Below are positions 1 through 9,316 of a stretch of 40,252 nucleotides of DNA, piece after piece. The DNA is taken from NCBI GenBank assembly GCA_031431535.1, contig JANPDO010000246.1, forward strand, positions 1 to 40,252, given 5' to 3'. The first letter of the stretch is position 1. Each line of letters starts with the position of its first letter. The position numbers were made by a program, and so were the translations under genes. The notes below the pieces were generated by a model. The model saw only the letters and a program-made list of their open reading frames with translations. It made no database searches and was not told where the DNA came from. The DNA is from Chloroflexota bacterium (GTDB lineage Bacteria; Chloroflexota; Limnocylindria; Limnocylindrales; CSP1-4).

Positions 1-343
1 GCTTGCCGTTGGTGGCGTAGGACGGGTGAAATGCGAGCCCAAGCAAGCCCTGCTCACCACCCCCGGACACCGATCGCGACAGATCGATGAACGGAGCCGA
101 CAGCAGGTCGCCGGCGCCGTCGACGATCCTGACCTTGCCGGTCTGCTCCACGACGAACAGGCGACGCGAACCGTCGCCGGCGTGGGTCACAAGCAGCGGT
201 GCGGACAGCCCTGCGGCGACCGGCTCGAGGCCCAGATGAATTCGTGACGGCACCACGGCCGCGGTCGTCGCGGATGGCGCAACGAGGACGCTGGCGAGCA
301 CCGCGGACAACAGCAGGCGGCTCGTCCGGTTCATGCGCAGCAT
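1..343 (-). CDS. PQQ-dependent glucose/sorbosone (aldose sugar) dehydrogenase family, secreted; 5' part only, truncated by window edge
   Basis: Not in ORF track. Manual translation from ATG 343 (or 334): signal-peptide-like MLRMNRTSRLLLSAVLASVLVAPSATTA, then LEPVAAGLSAPLLVTHAGDGSRRLFVVEQTGKVRIV...PFIDLSRSVSGGGEQGLLGLAFHPSYATNGK. E.GLLGLAFHP is the GSDH beta-propeller signature. Confidence 0.85.
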   Translation of the reverse strand, partial: MLRMNRTSRLLLSAVLASVLVAPSATTAAVVPSRIHLGLEPVAAGLSAPLLVTHAGDGSRRLFVVEQTGKVRIVDGAGDLLSAPFIDLSRSVSGGGEQGLLGLAFHPSYATNGK

Positions 344-417
344 TGGACCACAATGGTGCGATATCGTCGCCGGCACGGGCTCGTGGTCCCGCCCAGGTTC
401 TGGAAGGAGTGCGGTTC

Positions 418-1389
418 GTGTCCCAGTTTGACCTGCCACTGGCGGACTTGCGGGCCTATGCTCCCGCGCTTCCGGAGGAGCCCGACTTCGACGCGTTCTG
501 GGCCGCAACGCTGGCGCAGACCCGACGGCACGATCTGGCGGCCACGTTCACCCCGGTCGACAGTGGCCTGGCTGTCCTCGATAGCTATGACGTTACCTTC
601 GCCGGGTTTGGCGGAGCACCGATCCGGGCCTGGCTGCACCTTCCGGTTGGACGCTCCGGGCCGCTGCCGGCTGTGGTGGAATACCTCGGCTATGGCGGCG
701 GCCGCGGCTGGCCGCATGAGCGCGTCCTCTGGGCCTCGGCCGGCTATGCCCATCTGCTGATGGACACGCGGGGCCAGGGGTCCAGCTGGGCCGTTGGAGG
801 GACCGCAGATCCAGACACGACCGGTGCGCCGGCGCATCCGGGCTTCATGACCCAGGGCATCCTCGAACCCGAGACCTACTTCTACCGGCGTGTCTTCACC
901 GACGCGGTCCGTGCCGTCGAGGTCGTCCGTGCACACCCGGCCGTGGATGCCTCAAGGGTCGCGGTCACCGGCGGCAGCCAGGGCGGCGGGATCAGCCTGG
1001 CGGTGGCCGGCCTTGCCCCGGACATCGCGGCGGTCATGACGGACGTGCCGTTCCTGTGCGACTTCCCGCGCGCGGTGACCCTGACCGACAGTGAGCCGTA
1101 CGGCGAGATCGTGCGCTATCTGAAGGTGCATCGCGACGACGTGGAGCAGGCCATGACGACCCTGTCCTACTTCGACGGTGCCGTGCTCGCCCGCCGGGCC
1201 AGCGCGCCGGCCCTGTTTTCAGTCGCGCTGATGGATCGGATCTGCCCGCCGTCCACGGTCTACGCCGCGTACAACCGGTACGGCGGACCGAAGGAGATGC
1301 GCGAGTACCCGTTCAACGACCACGAGGGCGGGCAGGGGTTCCAGGAGGTCGCCCGGCTGCGCTGGCTGGCCGCAAGATTCCGGCTCTAG
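418..1389 (+). CDS. Acetylxylan esterase / cephalosporin-C deacetylase (CE7, AXE1)
   Basis: GGSQGG nucleophile elbow, DTRGQG, D..CPPST and HEGG catalytic motifs. GTG 418 follows SD GAAGGAG; the ORF-track start at 199 is an over-extension. Confidence 0.92.
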   Translation: MSQFDLPLADLRAYAPALPEEPDFDAFWAATLAQTRRHDLAATFTPVDSGLAVLDSYDVTFAGFGGAPIRAWLHLPVGRSGPLPAVVEYLGYGGGRGWPHERVLWASAGYAHLLMDTRGQGSSWAVGGTADPDTTGAPAHPGFMTQGILEPETYFYRRVFTDAVRAVEVVRAHPAVDASRVAVTGGSQGGGISLAVAGLAPDIAAVMTDVPFLCDFPRAVTLTDSEPYGEIVRYLKVHRDDVEQAMTTLSYFDGAVLARRASAPALFSVALMDRICPPSTVYAAYNRYGGPKEMREYPFNDHEGGQGFQEVARLRWLAARFRL

Positions 1390-1673
1390 CTGTGATGCAC
1401 GGATCCGTTGTTGAGGATCAGGGGCGGGAAGCGAACGCCGGGCGCATAACCGCACCACCGGACTACTACGGAGAAGCGCCCGACGATCGGTTGGGTTGCC
1501 CCGCCGGATTCACGCTCAGGCGGGCCCTGGTTCCGGCCGGTTCCGCCCCGTTCCGCCCGATTCTGGCCGCGTTGGCTCCGGTTTCCCTCCGTACCAGTCT
1601 GCTGGTGCGGTTATGCGGAGATCACCGAGCCGCGGGGAGCGACCAGCGTCAACGACGTCGCCGTGAACAACAG
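1390..1673. mobile_element. IS481-family-derived non-autonomous element (MITE), no transposase
   Basis: Imperfect terminal IRs: ctagcTGTgatgcacggatccgttgttga (1386-1414) vs reverse complement of 1649-1677 ctagcTGTtgttcacggcgacgtcgttga, 22/29 identical. TGT...ACA ends flanked by CTAG on both sides. Right end reads VNDVAVNNS*, resembling IS481 transposase C-termini. Confidence 0.7.
1443..1617. repeat. 175-bp element bounded by 31-bp inverted repeats with internal ~10-bp-period repeats
   Basis: cgcataaccgcaccaccggactactacggag (1443-1473) vs rc of 1587-1617 cgcataaccgcaccagcagactggtacggag, 27/31 identical. Interior gttccggccg/gttccgcccc/gttccgcccg/attctggccg (1530-1569). Confidence 0.85.
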
Positions 1674-1752
1674 CTAGGGCCGGCGTCGGGCGCGCGGACC
1701 GAGCCCACCGGGTCTCGGAAGGCCGCCGCCCCGCGCGACTCTCCGCCCGGAA

Positions 1753-1776
1753 GCCCGCTGCCCGCTGCCCGCTGCC
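1753..1776. repeat. 7-bp tandem repeat (gcccgct) x3.4
   Basis: gcccgct gcccgct gcccgct gcc read directly. Confidence 0.9.
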
Positions 1777-1796
1777 ACCCACGTTCCTAGACATAC

Positions 1797-1971
1797 GTGC
1801 ACGGTGCGCACCTTGGAGTCGACCGACCTCCGATCGAGGGATCGTGGCGCCCGCGTCACGTCGACAGTGCGCTCGCCGGAGCGTGGATCGAGCGAGGGCA
1901 GTCCGTCTCTCTCGGTGGCGGTTCATCCCCTGTGGAGCGCTCCAACCGGCGCCAAGGTGCGTGGCTTGCAC
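1797..1971. repeat. Second 175-bp element bounded by imperfect 25-bp inverted repeats (REP/MITE-like)
   Basis: gtgcacggtgcgcaccttggagtcg (1797-1821) vs rc of 1947-1971 gtgcaagccacgcaccttggcgccg, 19/25 identical, with a perfect cgcaccttgg core. Confidence 0.65.
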
Positions 1972-2010
1972 TCTTGGCAGGAAACTGGCCGGCGGGCAGG
2001 AAGCGACCGA

Positions 2011-2050
2011 GTGGCAGGACATGCTGTGGCAGGACATGCTGTAGCAGGGC
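2011..2050. repeat. 15-bp tandem repeat gtggcaggacatgct x2.7
   Basis: Exact copies at 2011-2025 and 2026-2040; degenerate partial third copy at 2041-2050. Confidence 0.9.
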
Positions 2051-2051
2051 G

Positions 2052-2141
2052 TCATCGCCGCATCGCCAGGGACCGAGCTTATCTCGTCCGGATGGCGGCG
2101 ATCAACCAGGTGGTGATGAAGTGGTATTCGTTGGCGGCCAC
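2052..2141 (-). pseudogene. Frameshifted, truncated remnant of an SRPBCC/polyketide-cyclase-like gene
   Basis: GTG 2141 gives MAANEYHFITTWLIAAIRTR* (TAA 2079-2081). A shifted frame continues PDEISSVPGDAA. The N-terminal (N/D)xYHFxTxW pattern recalls SRPBCC proteins. Similarity is lost at the 15-bp repeat. Confidence 0.5.
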
Positions 2142-2160
2142 GGGTCCGCGCTCGCGGCGC

Positions 2161-2424
2161 TCAGTCGCGGTTTGAGGAACGGCGCGGTCGCTCTTCCTTT
2201 GGCGGCTTTGGCTCGTGGCCGGGGCGCGGGGGGCGGGGCAATGTGCCGGGCGCCATGTCGGGTCGCTTCTCCTGGGGAGGCCGGGCGCGGGCGACCGCCA
2301 CCGATTCGGCGAACGCCTTCACCACCGGGGACGGCAGGCTGCCCAGCCAGGCGGCCTCGATCTGCTTGACGCGCTCGGTTTGAGCGGTGCGTCGCTCCCG
2401 CTCGTGCTTGGAATGCCTGGCCAC
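2161..2424 (-). CDS. Small hypothetical protein (87 aa, helical N-half, Pro/charged tail)
   Basis: SD GAAAGGA upstream of GTG; plausible composition; divergent from the PAC2 gene. Confidence 0.7.
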   Translation of the reverse strand: MARHSKHERERRTAQTERVKQIEAAWLGSLPSPVVKAFAESVAVARARPPQEKRPDMAPGTLPRPPRPGHEPKPPKEERPRRSSNRD

Positions 2425-2509
2425 GTTCCGTCCTTTCCGATTTCGGCGCTCGTGCGCTGCGGACGCGAGTGTAGCCGCCTTCGTTCGGTTCGTCGCCTAT
2501 TCTTGCGTT

Positions 2510-3391
2510 GTGAGCCTGTACACCCTGACCGAGCCGGTGAACCTCGTGGCACCCACCCTCGTGGCGTCGTTCGATGGCTGGGTGGATGCAGGCTCCGCAG
2601 CGACGACGGCGCTGGAGCACCTGAGCGAGGACGCCGAGGTCGTCGCCCAGTTCGACACGGACGTGTTGTTCGACTATCGAGCGCGGCGCCCTCCGCTGGA
2701 AATCGTCGACGGCCGACTGACCGAATTGACCTGGCACGAATTGGCCGTCCGCCGCGTGCGGCTCGAGGACCGCGACATCCTCGTCCTGACTGGCCCGGAG
2801 CCCGACTACCGCTGGCGCGCGTTCATCGCCGCCATGGTCGAGATCGCGGGAACGCTCGAAGTCAGCGAATGGATCAGCATGGGCGCCATCCCGGCGGCCG
2901 TCCCGCATACCCGGCCAGTGCCGATCCTCGGAACCGAGGCATCGCCGGGCCTGCTTCGCGGCGACATCTCGCCCGGCCCGGCTGGCATTCTGCGGGTCCC
3001 CTCAGCGTTGGTGTCGGCGATTGAGCTTGAGGTATCAGCGGCTGGGATCCCCGCGCTCGGCTACTTCGCCCAGGTGCCACATTACGTTTCGGGCCCATAC
3101 GCGACCGCTGCCCTCGAACTGTTGCGCGCGCTGGGCAATCACCTGGGCACGGTGATTCGAGCTGACTCGATCGAGGCGGATTCACGCGAACTGCGCAAGC
3201 GCCTGGACACCGCGACGGGGCTCGATGAGACGACGAAGTCCTACGTTGAGCGGCTCGAGGCGATGTACGACGAGCAGCGGCTGCCGTCCGGGAGCGATCT
3301 CATTTCGGACATCGAGCGATTCCTGCGCGAACAGGGCAACCATGGGTCGCAGGGCTCAACGGGCTCAGGTTCCGGTTCCGGGCGCGGCTGA
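2510..3391 (+). CDS. PAC2 family (proteasome assembly chaperone-like) protein
   Basis: FDGWVDAG, LFDYRARRP, GPEPDYRW, VPHTRP and AQVPHY motifs. GTG 2510 lies 6 nt after TATTCT. Confidence 0.9.
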   Translation: MSLYTLTEPVNLVAPTLVASFDGWVDAGSAATTALEHLSEDAEVVAQFDTDVLFDYRARRPPLEIVDGRLTELTWHELAVRRVRLEDRDILVLTGPEPDYRWRAFIAAMVEIAGTLEVSEWISMGAIPAAVPHTRPVPILGTEASPGLLRGDISPGPAGILRVPSALVSAIELEVSAAGIPALGYFAQVPHYVSGPYATAALELLRALGNHLGTVIRADSIEADSRELRKRLDTATGLDETTKSYVERLEAMYDEQRLPSGSDLISDIERFLREQGNHGSQGSTGSGSGSGRG

Positions 3392-3528
3392 CGGCATCGC
3401 GGGCGGCACCGGCGCCAAACTCAGCAACAGGGCCCCTCCGGGCACCTGCCACTGGTCATCCGTCGGGATCGACGAACGTCAGCCTTGCGGACTCGCGTTT
3501 GGGCGGCGCTGGGCTATCGTTGGTGCCG

Positions 3529-4803
3529 ATGGCGACGTCCAGGCAGATCTCGCGCCGCACGCTGCTGCGCGGTCTAGCTGCCGGGTCGGTGGCCGCGGGC
3601 CTGGCCGCCTGCGGACTTGAACCCGGCTCGTCCAATGGCGGAACACCCGTCCCGCCCAGTCCCCGGCCGGTGCCGGCCACGCCGATGCCGACTCCGGAGT
3701 CGACGCCGAGCACAACGCCCACCGCGGAACCGGCAACCGCGGCGCCCGAGACTCCGTCATCTACCCCAGACCCGCAGGCTCTCCGGCGAAAGGTCGCCCG
3801 GCTGCTGATGGTCGGGTTTCGTGGTCTCACGATCGAGCCGGACGACCCGATCGCGGTGGCCATCGGAGCTGGGCTGGGCGGCGTCATCCTGTTCGATTTC
3901 GATCACGTCACCGGCAGGCGCAATATCGAATCGCCGGCACAACTGGCGCGCCTGACGGGATCGCTCCGAGCTCTGGCACCAACTCATTTGATCATCGCGA
4001 TCGACCAGGAAGGGGGCCGGGTGGCCCGGTTGAGACCGACCGCCGGGTTCCCCGAGACGCGTTCCCAGGCCGCCATCGGCGCGACGGGGGACCTCGCGGC
4101 GGCGTTCGAGTGGGGTCGGGCGACGGGCGCGACGCTGGCTGCGGCGGGGATCGACCTGAACCTGGCGCCGGTGGTCGATGTCGATATCAATCCAGCGAAT
4201 CCGGCCATCGGGGCGCTGGGGCGCAGTTACTCGAGCGATCCAACAGTCGTGGCGACGATGGCGGAGGTGACGATCCATGGGTTGCATGAATTCGGGATTC
4301 GATCCGCGATCAAGCACTTTCCGGGGCTTGGGAGCGCCACGGGGAACACCGATCAGGTCGAGGTCGATGTCACGTCGAGCTGGACCGAGGCCGAACTTGA
4401 ACCTTACGAGACGCTCATCGCCAGGGGCCTGCCCGATGCGGTGATGATCGGGCACATGGTCAATGACACGTTGGATCCAGGGGTGCCCGCCTCCCTGTCC
4501 GTGGCGACGGTCGATGGATTGCTCCGAGGGCGACTCGCCTGGAGTGGCGCCGTGATCACCGACGACCTGGGCGCCGAGGCCATCGTCCGACGCTACGCGC
4601 GCGAGGAAGCCGTGGCGCTTGCCCTCGACGCGGGCAGCGACGTGTTGCTCTTTGCCAACCAGTCGATCTACGAACCGGACCTGGCCACGGAGTTGGTGGA
4701 CCTGCTAGCGGGGCTCGTCAACTCCGGTCGGATCAGCGAAAGGCGCATCGACGAGTCGATCGATCGACTTGACCAGCTGGCGTTCGGTTCCGCGATCGAG
4801 TAG
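3529..4803 (+). CDS. GH3 N-terminal-domain beta-N-acetylhexosaminidase (NagZ-like), Tat lipoprotein
   Basis: SRRTLL Tat motif and LAAC lipobox, P/T linker, IDQEGGRV, NLAPVVD, KHFPGLG, ITDD nucleophile. Confidence 0.88.
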   Translation: MATSRQISRRTLLRGLAAGSVAAGLAACGLEPGSSNGGTPVPPSPRPVPATPMPTPESTPSTTPTAEPATAAPETPSSTPDPQALRRKVARLLMVGFRGLTIEPDDPIAVAIGAGLGGVILFDFDHVTGRRNIESPAQLARLTGSLRALAPTHLIIAIDQEGGRVARLRPTAGFPETRSQAAIGATGDLAAAFEWGRATGATLAAAGIDLNLAPVVDVDINPANPAIGALGRSYSSDPTVVATMAEVTIHGLHEFGIRSAIKHFPGLGSATGNTDQVEVDVTSSWTEAELEPYETLIARGLPDAVMIGHMVNDTLDPGVPASLSVATVDGLLRGRLAWSGAVITDDLGAEAIVRRYAREEAVALALDAGSDVLLFANQSIYEPDLATELVDLLAGLVNSGRISERRIDESIDRLDQLAFGSAIE

Positions 4804-4814
4804 GCGTCGCTGGG

Positions 4815-5411
4815 TCAGTCCGCCAGGCGTCGTTCTGCCTCTGCCACCACCTCTTCGAGGGAGCCTGCCCGGGTCGGCGCGGCGACCTCGATCCGGAGGC
4901 TGGCCCGGCCTGGCGCCGCGCCCGTCAGGTCGCGGTAGGCTCGATCAAGCCGTGCGGCGGCATTCCGCGCCGCGCGAGTGTTGGTCTCGGGCATGAGGAC
5001 CCGGAAGCTTGCGGGCCCGAATCGGGCGGCGCGATCGGTCTCGCGAGCCCGTGCCCGGATCAGATCCGTGAGAACCTGGGCGTCGATGTCCAGGGCGGGC
5101 GCTCCGTTCATGCCGGCCAGCTCGAGCAGCACGACCGCTATCGGTCTGCCGTATCGGGCGTGACGGGCGACCTCCAGCTGGAACGCGGTCATCCAATCCT
5201 GGCGCGTATCGAGTGACTTGCTGGCTCGCGGGCGTTCCAGTCGGACGTGTGCCTTGCTGGCTCGGATGCCGATCCCGGCGTTTCCCTCGACGAACGCGAT
5301 GATTCGCTCAGTCGTCCGTTCATCGTGGACGGCGTCGGGCAGGACAAAGCGCGGGGCGCGGCGTGGCCTGCGGCGGATCGGAGCGGGCGGGTCATCGGCA
5401 GGCTCGGTCAC
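4815..5411 (-). CDS. Degenerate GGDEF-domain protein
   Basis: EVARHARYGRPIAVVLLEL...RETDRAARFGPASFRVLMPET. GGDEF fold pattern with the A-site changed to GPASF and the RxxD I-site kept. Confidence 0.8.
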   Translation of the reverse strand: MTEPADDPPAPIRRRPRRAPRFVLPDAVHDERTTERIIAFVEGNAGIGIRASKAHVRLERPRASKSLDTRQDWMTAFQLEVARHARYGRPIAVVLLELAGMNGAPALDIDAQVLTDLIRARARETDRAARFGPASFRVLMPETNTRAARNAAARLDRAYRDLTGAAPGRASLRIEVAAPTRAGSLEEVVAEAERRLAD

Positions 5412-5483
5412 TCAGCCCCCCAATCCTCCCGGTGACTGCAGGACGCCTCCAACGCCGAGTTCTGAGCGCGGAGCACGACCCGG

Positions 5484-6053
5484 TCAGCCCCCGGCAGCTT
5501 CCCGCATGGCGGCCTTGTGGGCCCGCTTCCCGGCCTGGTAGCTCGCCAACGCCTCTGCGGAGTCCACGTCGCCAAGCGTCGGCCAGGTCGGGGCCACCGT
5601 CTCGTAGCCCGGCGGGCGGACGCCGAACCGCTTGCCGAGCACGGCGATGAGCGATTTGGCCTTCATCTCGCCGATCCCGGGCAGGCTGAGCAGGCGCGCC
5701 TCCAGACTTTGGCCGTCGGCGGCTTCGCTCCACACGCGTTGCGCGTCATTGCCGAAATCCCGCGCGATGGCGGCGCACAGCGCCTGGACCTTGCCGGCCA
5801 TCGAACCGGGGAAGCGGTGCAGCGCGGGCCGTTCGCGAAAGACGATGTCCAGCTCGCCGGGGTCCATGCCGGCGATCCGGGCGGCATTCAGATGGCCAAG
5901 GCGGCGCTTGAGTTCCGCTGGCCCGCTGAACGCCTTCTGTACGGTCACCTGCTGGTCCAGCGCGAAACCGATCAGCAGCGCGAGGGGCTCTTCGGCCAAC
6001 AGTCGGTCGGCGGCGGCATCACCGGTGAACGGGAGGGAGGCGGGATTGGGCAT
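5484..6053 (-). CDS. HhH-GPD-type base excision repair family protein
   Basis: PLALLIGFALDQQV, ALHRFPGSMA and HhH LPGIGEMKA motifs. ATG 6053 lies 7 nt after TACCAT. Confidence 0.88.
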   Translation of the reverse strand: MPNPASLPFTGDAAADRLLAEEPLALLIGFALDQQVTVQKAFSGPAELKRRLGHLNAARIAGMDPGELDIVFRERPALHRFPGSMAGKVQALCAAIARDFGNDAQRVWSEAADGQSLEARLLSLPGIGEMKAKSLIAVLGKRFGVRPPGYETVAPTWPTLGDVDSAEALASYQAGKRAHKAAMREAAGG

Positions 6054-6166
6054 GGCCGGCATGGTAGCCGGAGCGGCGTCGAGGCGCCTAAAAGCGGATT
6101 GCGGCGGCGGGCGACAGACCTTCTGCTCGCGAGGGTCACGCTTGGGAGGCGGCGCTCAGCCCGTGC

Positions 6167-7021
6167 TCAGCCCTCGCGGACGGCTGCCGCCGACAGCGAC
6201 AGGTCGCCTATCACGGAGCGGTAGTAGCGGCCCGGGGCGGATGGGTCCAGCCAGGCCGTCGTGCCGGGCGTCCTCACGGAATCGAACCTGAAGTCGCGGG
6301 CGCCGCTGAAATTGGGGGCGCCCCTGAAGACCTGGGCCATCGTGCCGTCAGTTTTGAAGATGCCTCGCAGCAGGTGCGCCGCGCTGCCGATGCCTTCCGC
6401 GAAGACTGCCCCGGCATTGGCACGGAGGAAACCCGCACCGAAATTATCGACCCGCTTGATGGCCACGGCCTTGGTCGGATTCCTGGAGCCCCACTCGGAA
6501 TTGCCCGAGGCGTAGCACAGTCGGTTCAGGATCACGACAGCGTTGGGCGCGAGCTCGATGTCCGTCCGGATCCAGGACTCGCCCCAGTACTTGACGTTGT
6601 AGTGGCCCTTGCCGGCCGTCGCATTCAGACCCAGTCCGTCCTTGGAAGCGCGGTTGAACGGTCCGTACGGACTGGGATACCCGTTCCCGTGGCCCAGATA
6701 GATCAGGACATTGGCGCCACGGGTCGCCGCCTTGACCTTGGTCCAGGTGGCATTGGGGCTGTAGATCTCGACGACCTCGGCACCGTACGAGCGGGCCTGC
6801 GAGGCGTAGCGCCTGGCGCTGGTGATGTACTTGGCGGTGCTCGAGCCAGCCGGCCCGACGATCACGACGACCTTCACGCCCGGGGCCTCGGCCGCCGCCA
6901 CGGGGGCCGGGTCTGCCGCGCTGCCGCCGAGCGTCATCAATGCAAGGGCCAGGCCAAGGACGATGAGCCGCGTCGACGTTCTGGAGGACGCCCCCTGGGC
7001 GCCATGCGGGTCGATCCGCAA
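6167..7021 (-). CDS. Secreted hypothetical protein with possible caspase/CHAT/gingipain-like His-Cys dyad
   Basis: SD GAGGAGG then TTG 7021; hydrophobic signal LIVLGLALALMTLGGSAA; VLIYLGHG and VVILNRLCYA motifs. Confidence 0.75.
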   Translation of the reverse strand: MRIDPHGAQGASSRTSTRLIVLGLALALMTLGGSAADPAPVAAAEAPGVKVVVIVGPAGSSTAKYITSARRYASQARSYGAEVVEIYSPNATWTKVKAATRGANVLIYLGHGNGYPSPYGPFNRASKDGLGLNATAGKGHYNVKYWGESWIRTDIELAPNAVVILNRLCYASGNSEWGSRNPTKAVAIKRVDNFGAGFLRANAGAVFAEGIGSAAHLLRGIFKTDGTMAQVFRGAPNFSGARDFRFDSVRTPGTTAWLDPSAPGRYYRSVIGDLSLSAAAVREG

Positions 7022-7147
7022 CGCTCTTGCCTCCTCTCCTCCGGAACACCTCGCTGGGGCAAGGTGACGGTCGTTGGAACGCCGCGCCGGGGCGAGGCGA
7101 CAGCGGGCTGGCGTCCCTCCTGAGGGCGAGTGCCCGGGACTCGGCGG

Positions 7148-7177
7148 AGTATGCCAGTCGGCTGCGGCCATTGTCGA
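7148..7177 (-). promoter_or_regulatory. Putative sigma70-type promoter (TCGACA-N18-CATACT) for the 6167-7021 gene
   Basis: Consensus-like hexamers with 18-nt spacer about 125 nt upstream of the start. Confidence 0.45.
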
Positions 7178-7319
7178 CCCACGCAATCGTCCTGGGCGGG
7201 TATCGAGGCGGGATCCGGTCAGGCTGCGATCCGTGCGATTTCGGCTATGCTCCGGGCGGCCCTACAGCGGGCCGTTGTCGCGCGGCCAGCGCCCGCGGCG
7301 GGACCACGCAGGAGCCGCC

Positions 7320-8585
<1,266 letters not shown>

Positions 8586-8615
8586 GGCTAGTCGGCCCGC
8601 CGCGGCGCCGTTGCG

Positions 8616-9176
8616 TCAGACGGGCTCGCCGACCGCCTCGGCAGCACCCCGTCCGGCTGTCGTGGTCGTAAGCGACTCCGTCGCTGTCACGGCTCCGGGA
8701 AAGAAGAAGGCCAGCATCAGATCGGCCTGGATCTGCTCGACCACGTAGCGATTGACCAGGGCACGATCGCCGACCGCGATGGCGGAGTCAGGCCGCTCGA
8801 CGAGCGCCACGCGCACGTCCCGCAGCAGGACGAAGTCGCCGGATGGTCGAGCCAGGGAGCGGCCCGGGTCGAACCCCGGCATCGTCGCGAGGTCCCCCTC
8901 GAGCACGTACGGTCCGGCATGCAGGACGACGTGATGCCACGCGGCATGGACCGGTGTGTCCAGTTCGTCCGCGGCGAGCGCGAACACGATGTCGTCGACT
9001 GCGAAGGAGCGTGTCGCGGCGGGTCGCGGTCGGTCGCCCAACCCCTGCCAGGTGACATCTGTGAGCAGGAGTTGCGCTTCGGTCGCCAGGAGATCGCGGA
9101 GATCCCCGTCCCCGGCGTCCCCGACCTGACCGCTGGCCCGCCCGGTGGATGTGTAGACCTCGACCCGCATTGCCAT
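8616..9176 (-). CDS. Hypothetical protein with two tandem beta-rich domains
   Basis: SD GAAGGA before ATG 9176 (alternative 9170); GC-rich third positions; two similar halves. Confidence 0.75.
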   Translation of the reverse strand: MAMRVEVYTSTGRASGQVGDAGDGDLRDLLATEAQLLLTDVTWQGLGDRPRPAATRSFAVDDIVFALAADELDTPVHAAWHHVVLHAGPYVLEGDLATMPGFDPGRSLARPSGDFVLLRDVRVALVERPDSAIAVGDRALVNRYVVEQIQADLMLAFFFPGAVTATESLTTTTAGRGAAEAVGEPV

Positions 9177-9316
9177 CCCGTCCTTCAGCGAGCGATATCC
9201 GAGTGTGGCCCGCGCGACAGTGCGACGGTAGACCCGTCGGTACCGGGCAGGCGAGGCACTGGTACTGGCCGCCTCGAAAGTGTTTCCCCGCTGCACCCAT
9301 CCGCGCGGTGCGGCGC

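Noticed and set aside
1443-1617. Integron attC site (GCATAAC...GTTATGC ends)
   Set aside because: Longer than typical attC sites, the spacer between R and L boxes is fully paired, and there is no cassette array or integrase.
1443-1617. 6S or SRP RNA
   Set aside because: Arm mismatches are mostly not G-U compatible, there is no SRP helix-8 motif or 6S central bubble, and it sits inside IS-like ends. An Rfam scan would be the final test.
1392-2175. ORF-track ORFs in the repeat region (1392-1790, 1516-2055, 1804-2175)
   Set aside because: They run through IR elements and tandem repeats, with no start signals or protein motifs.
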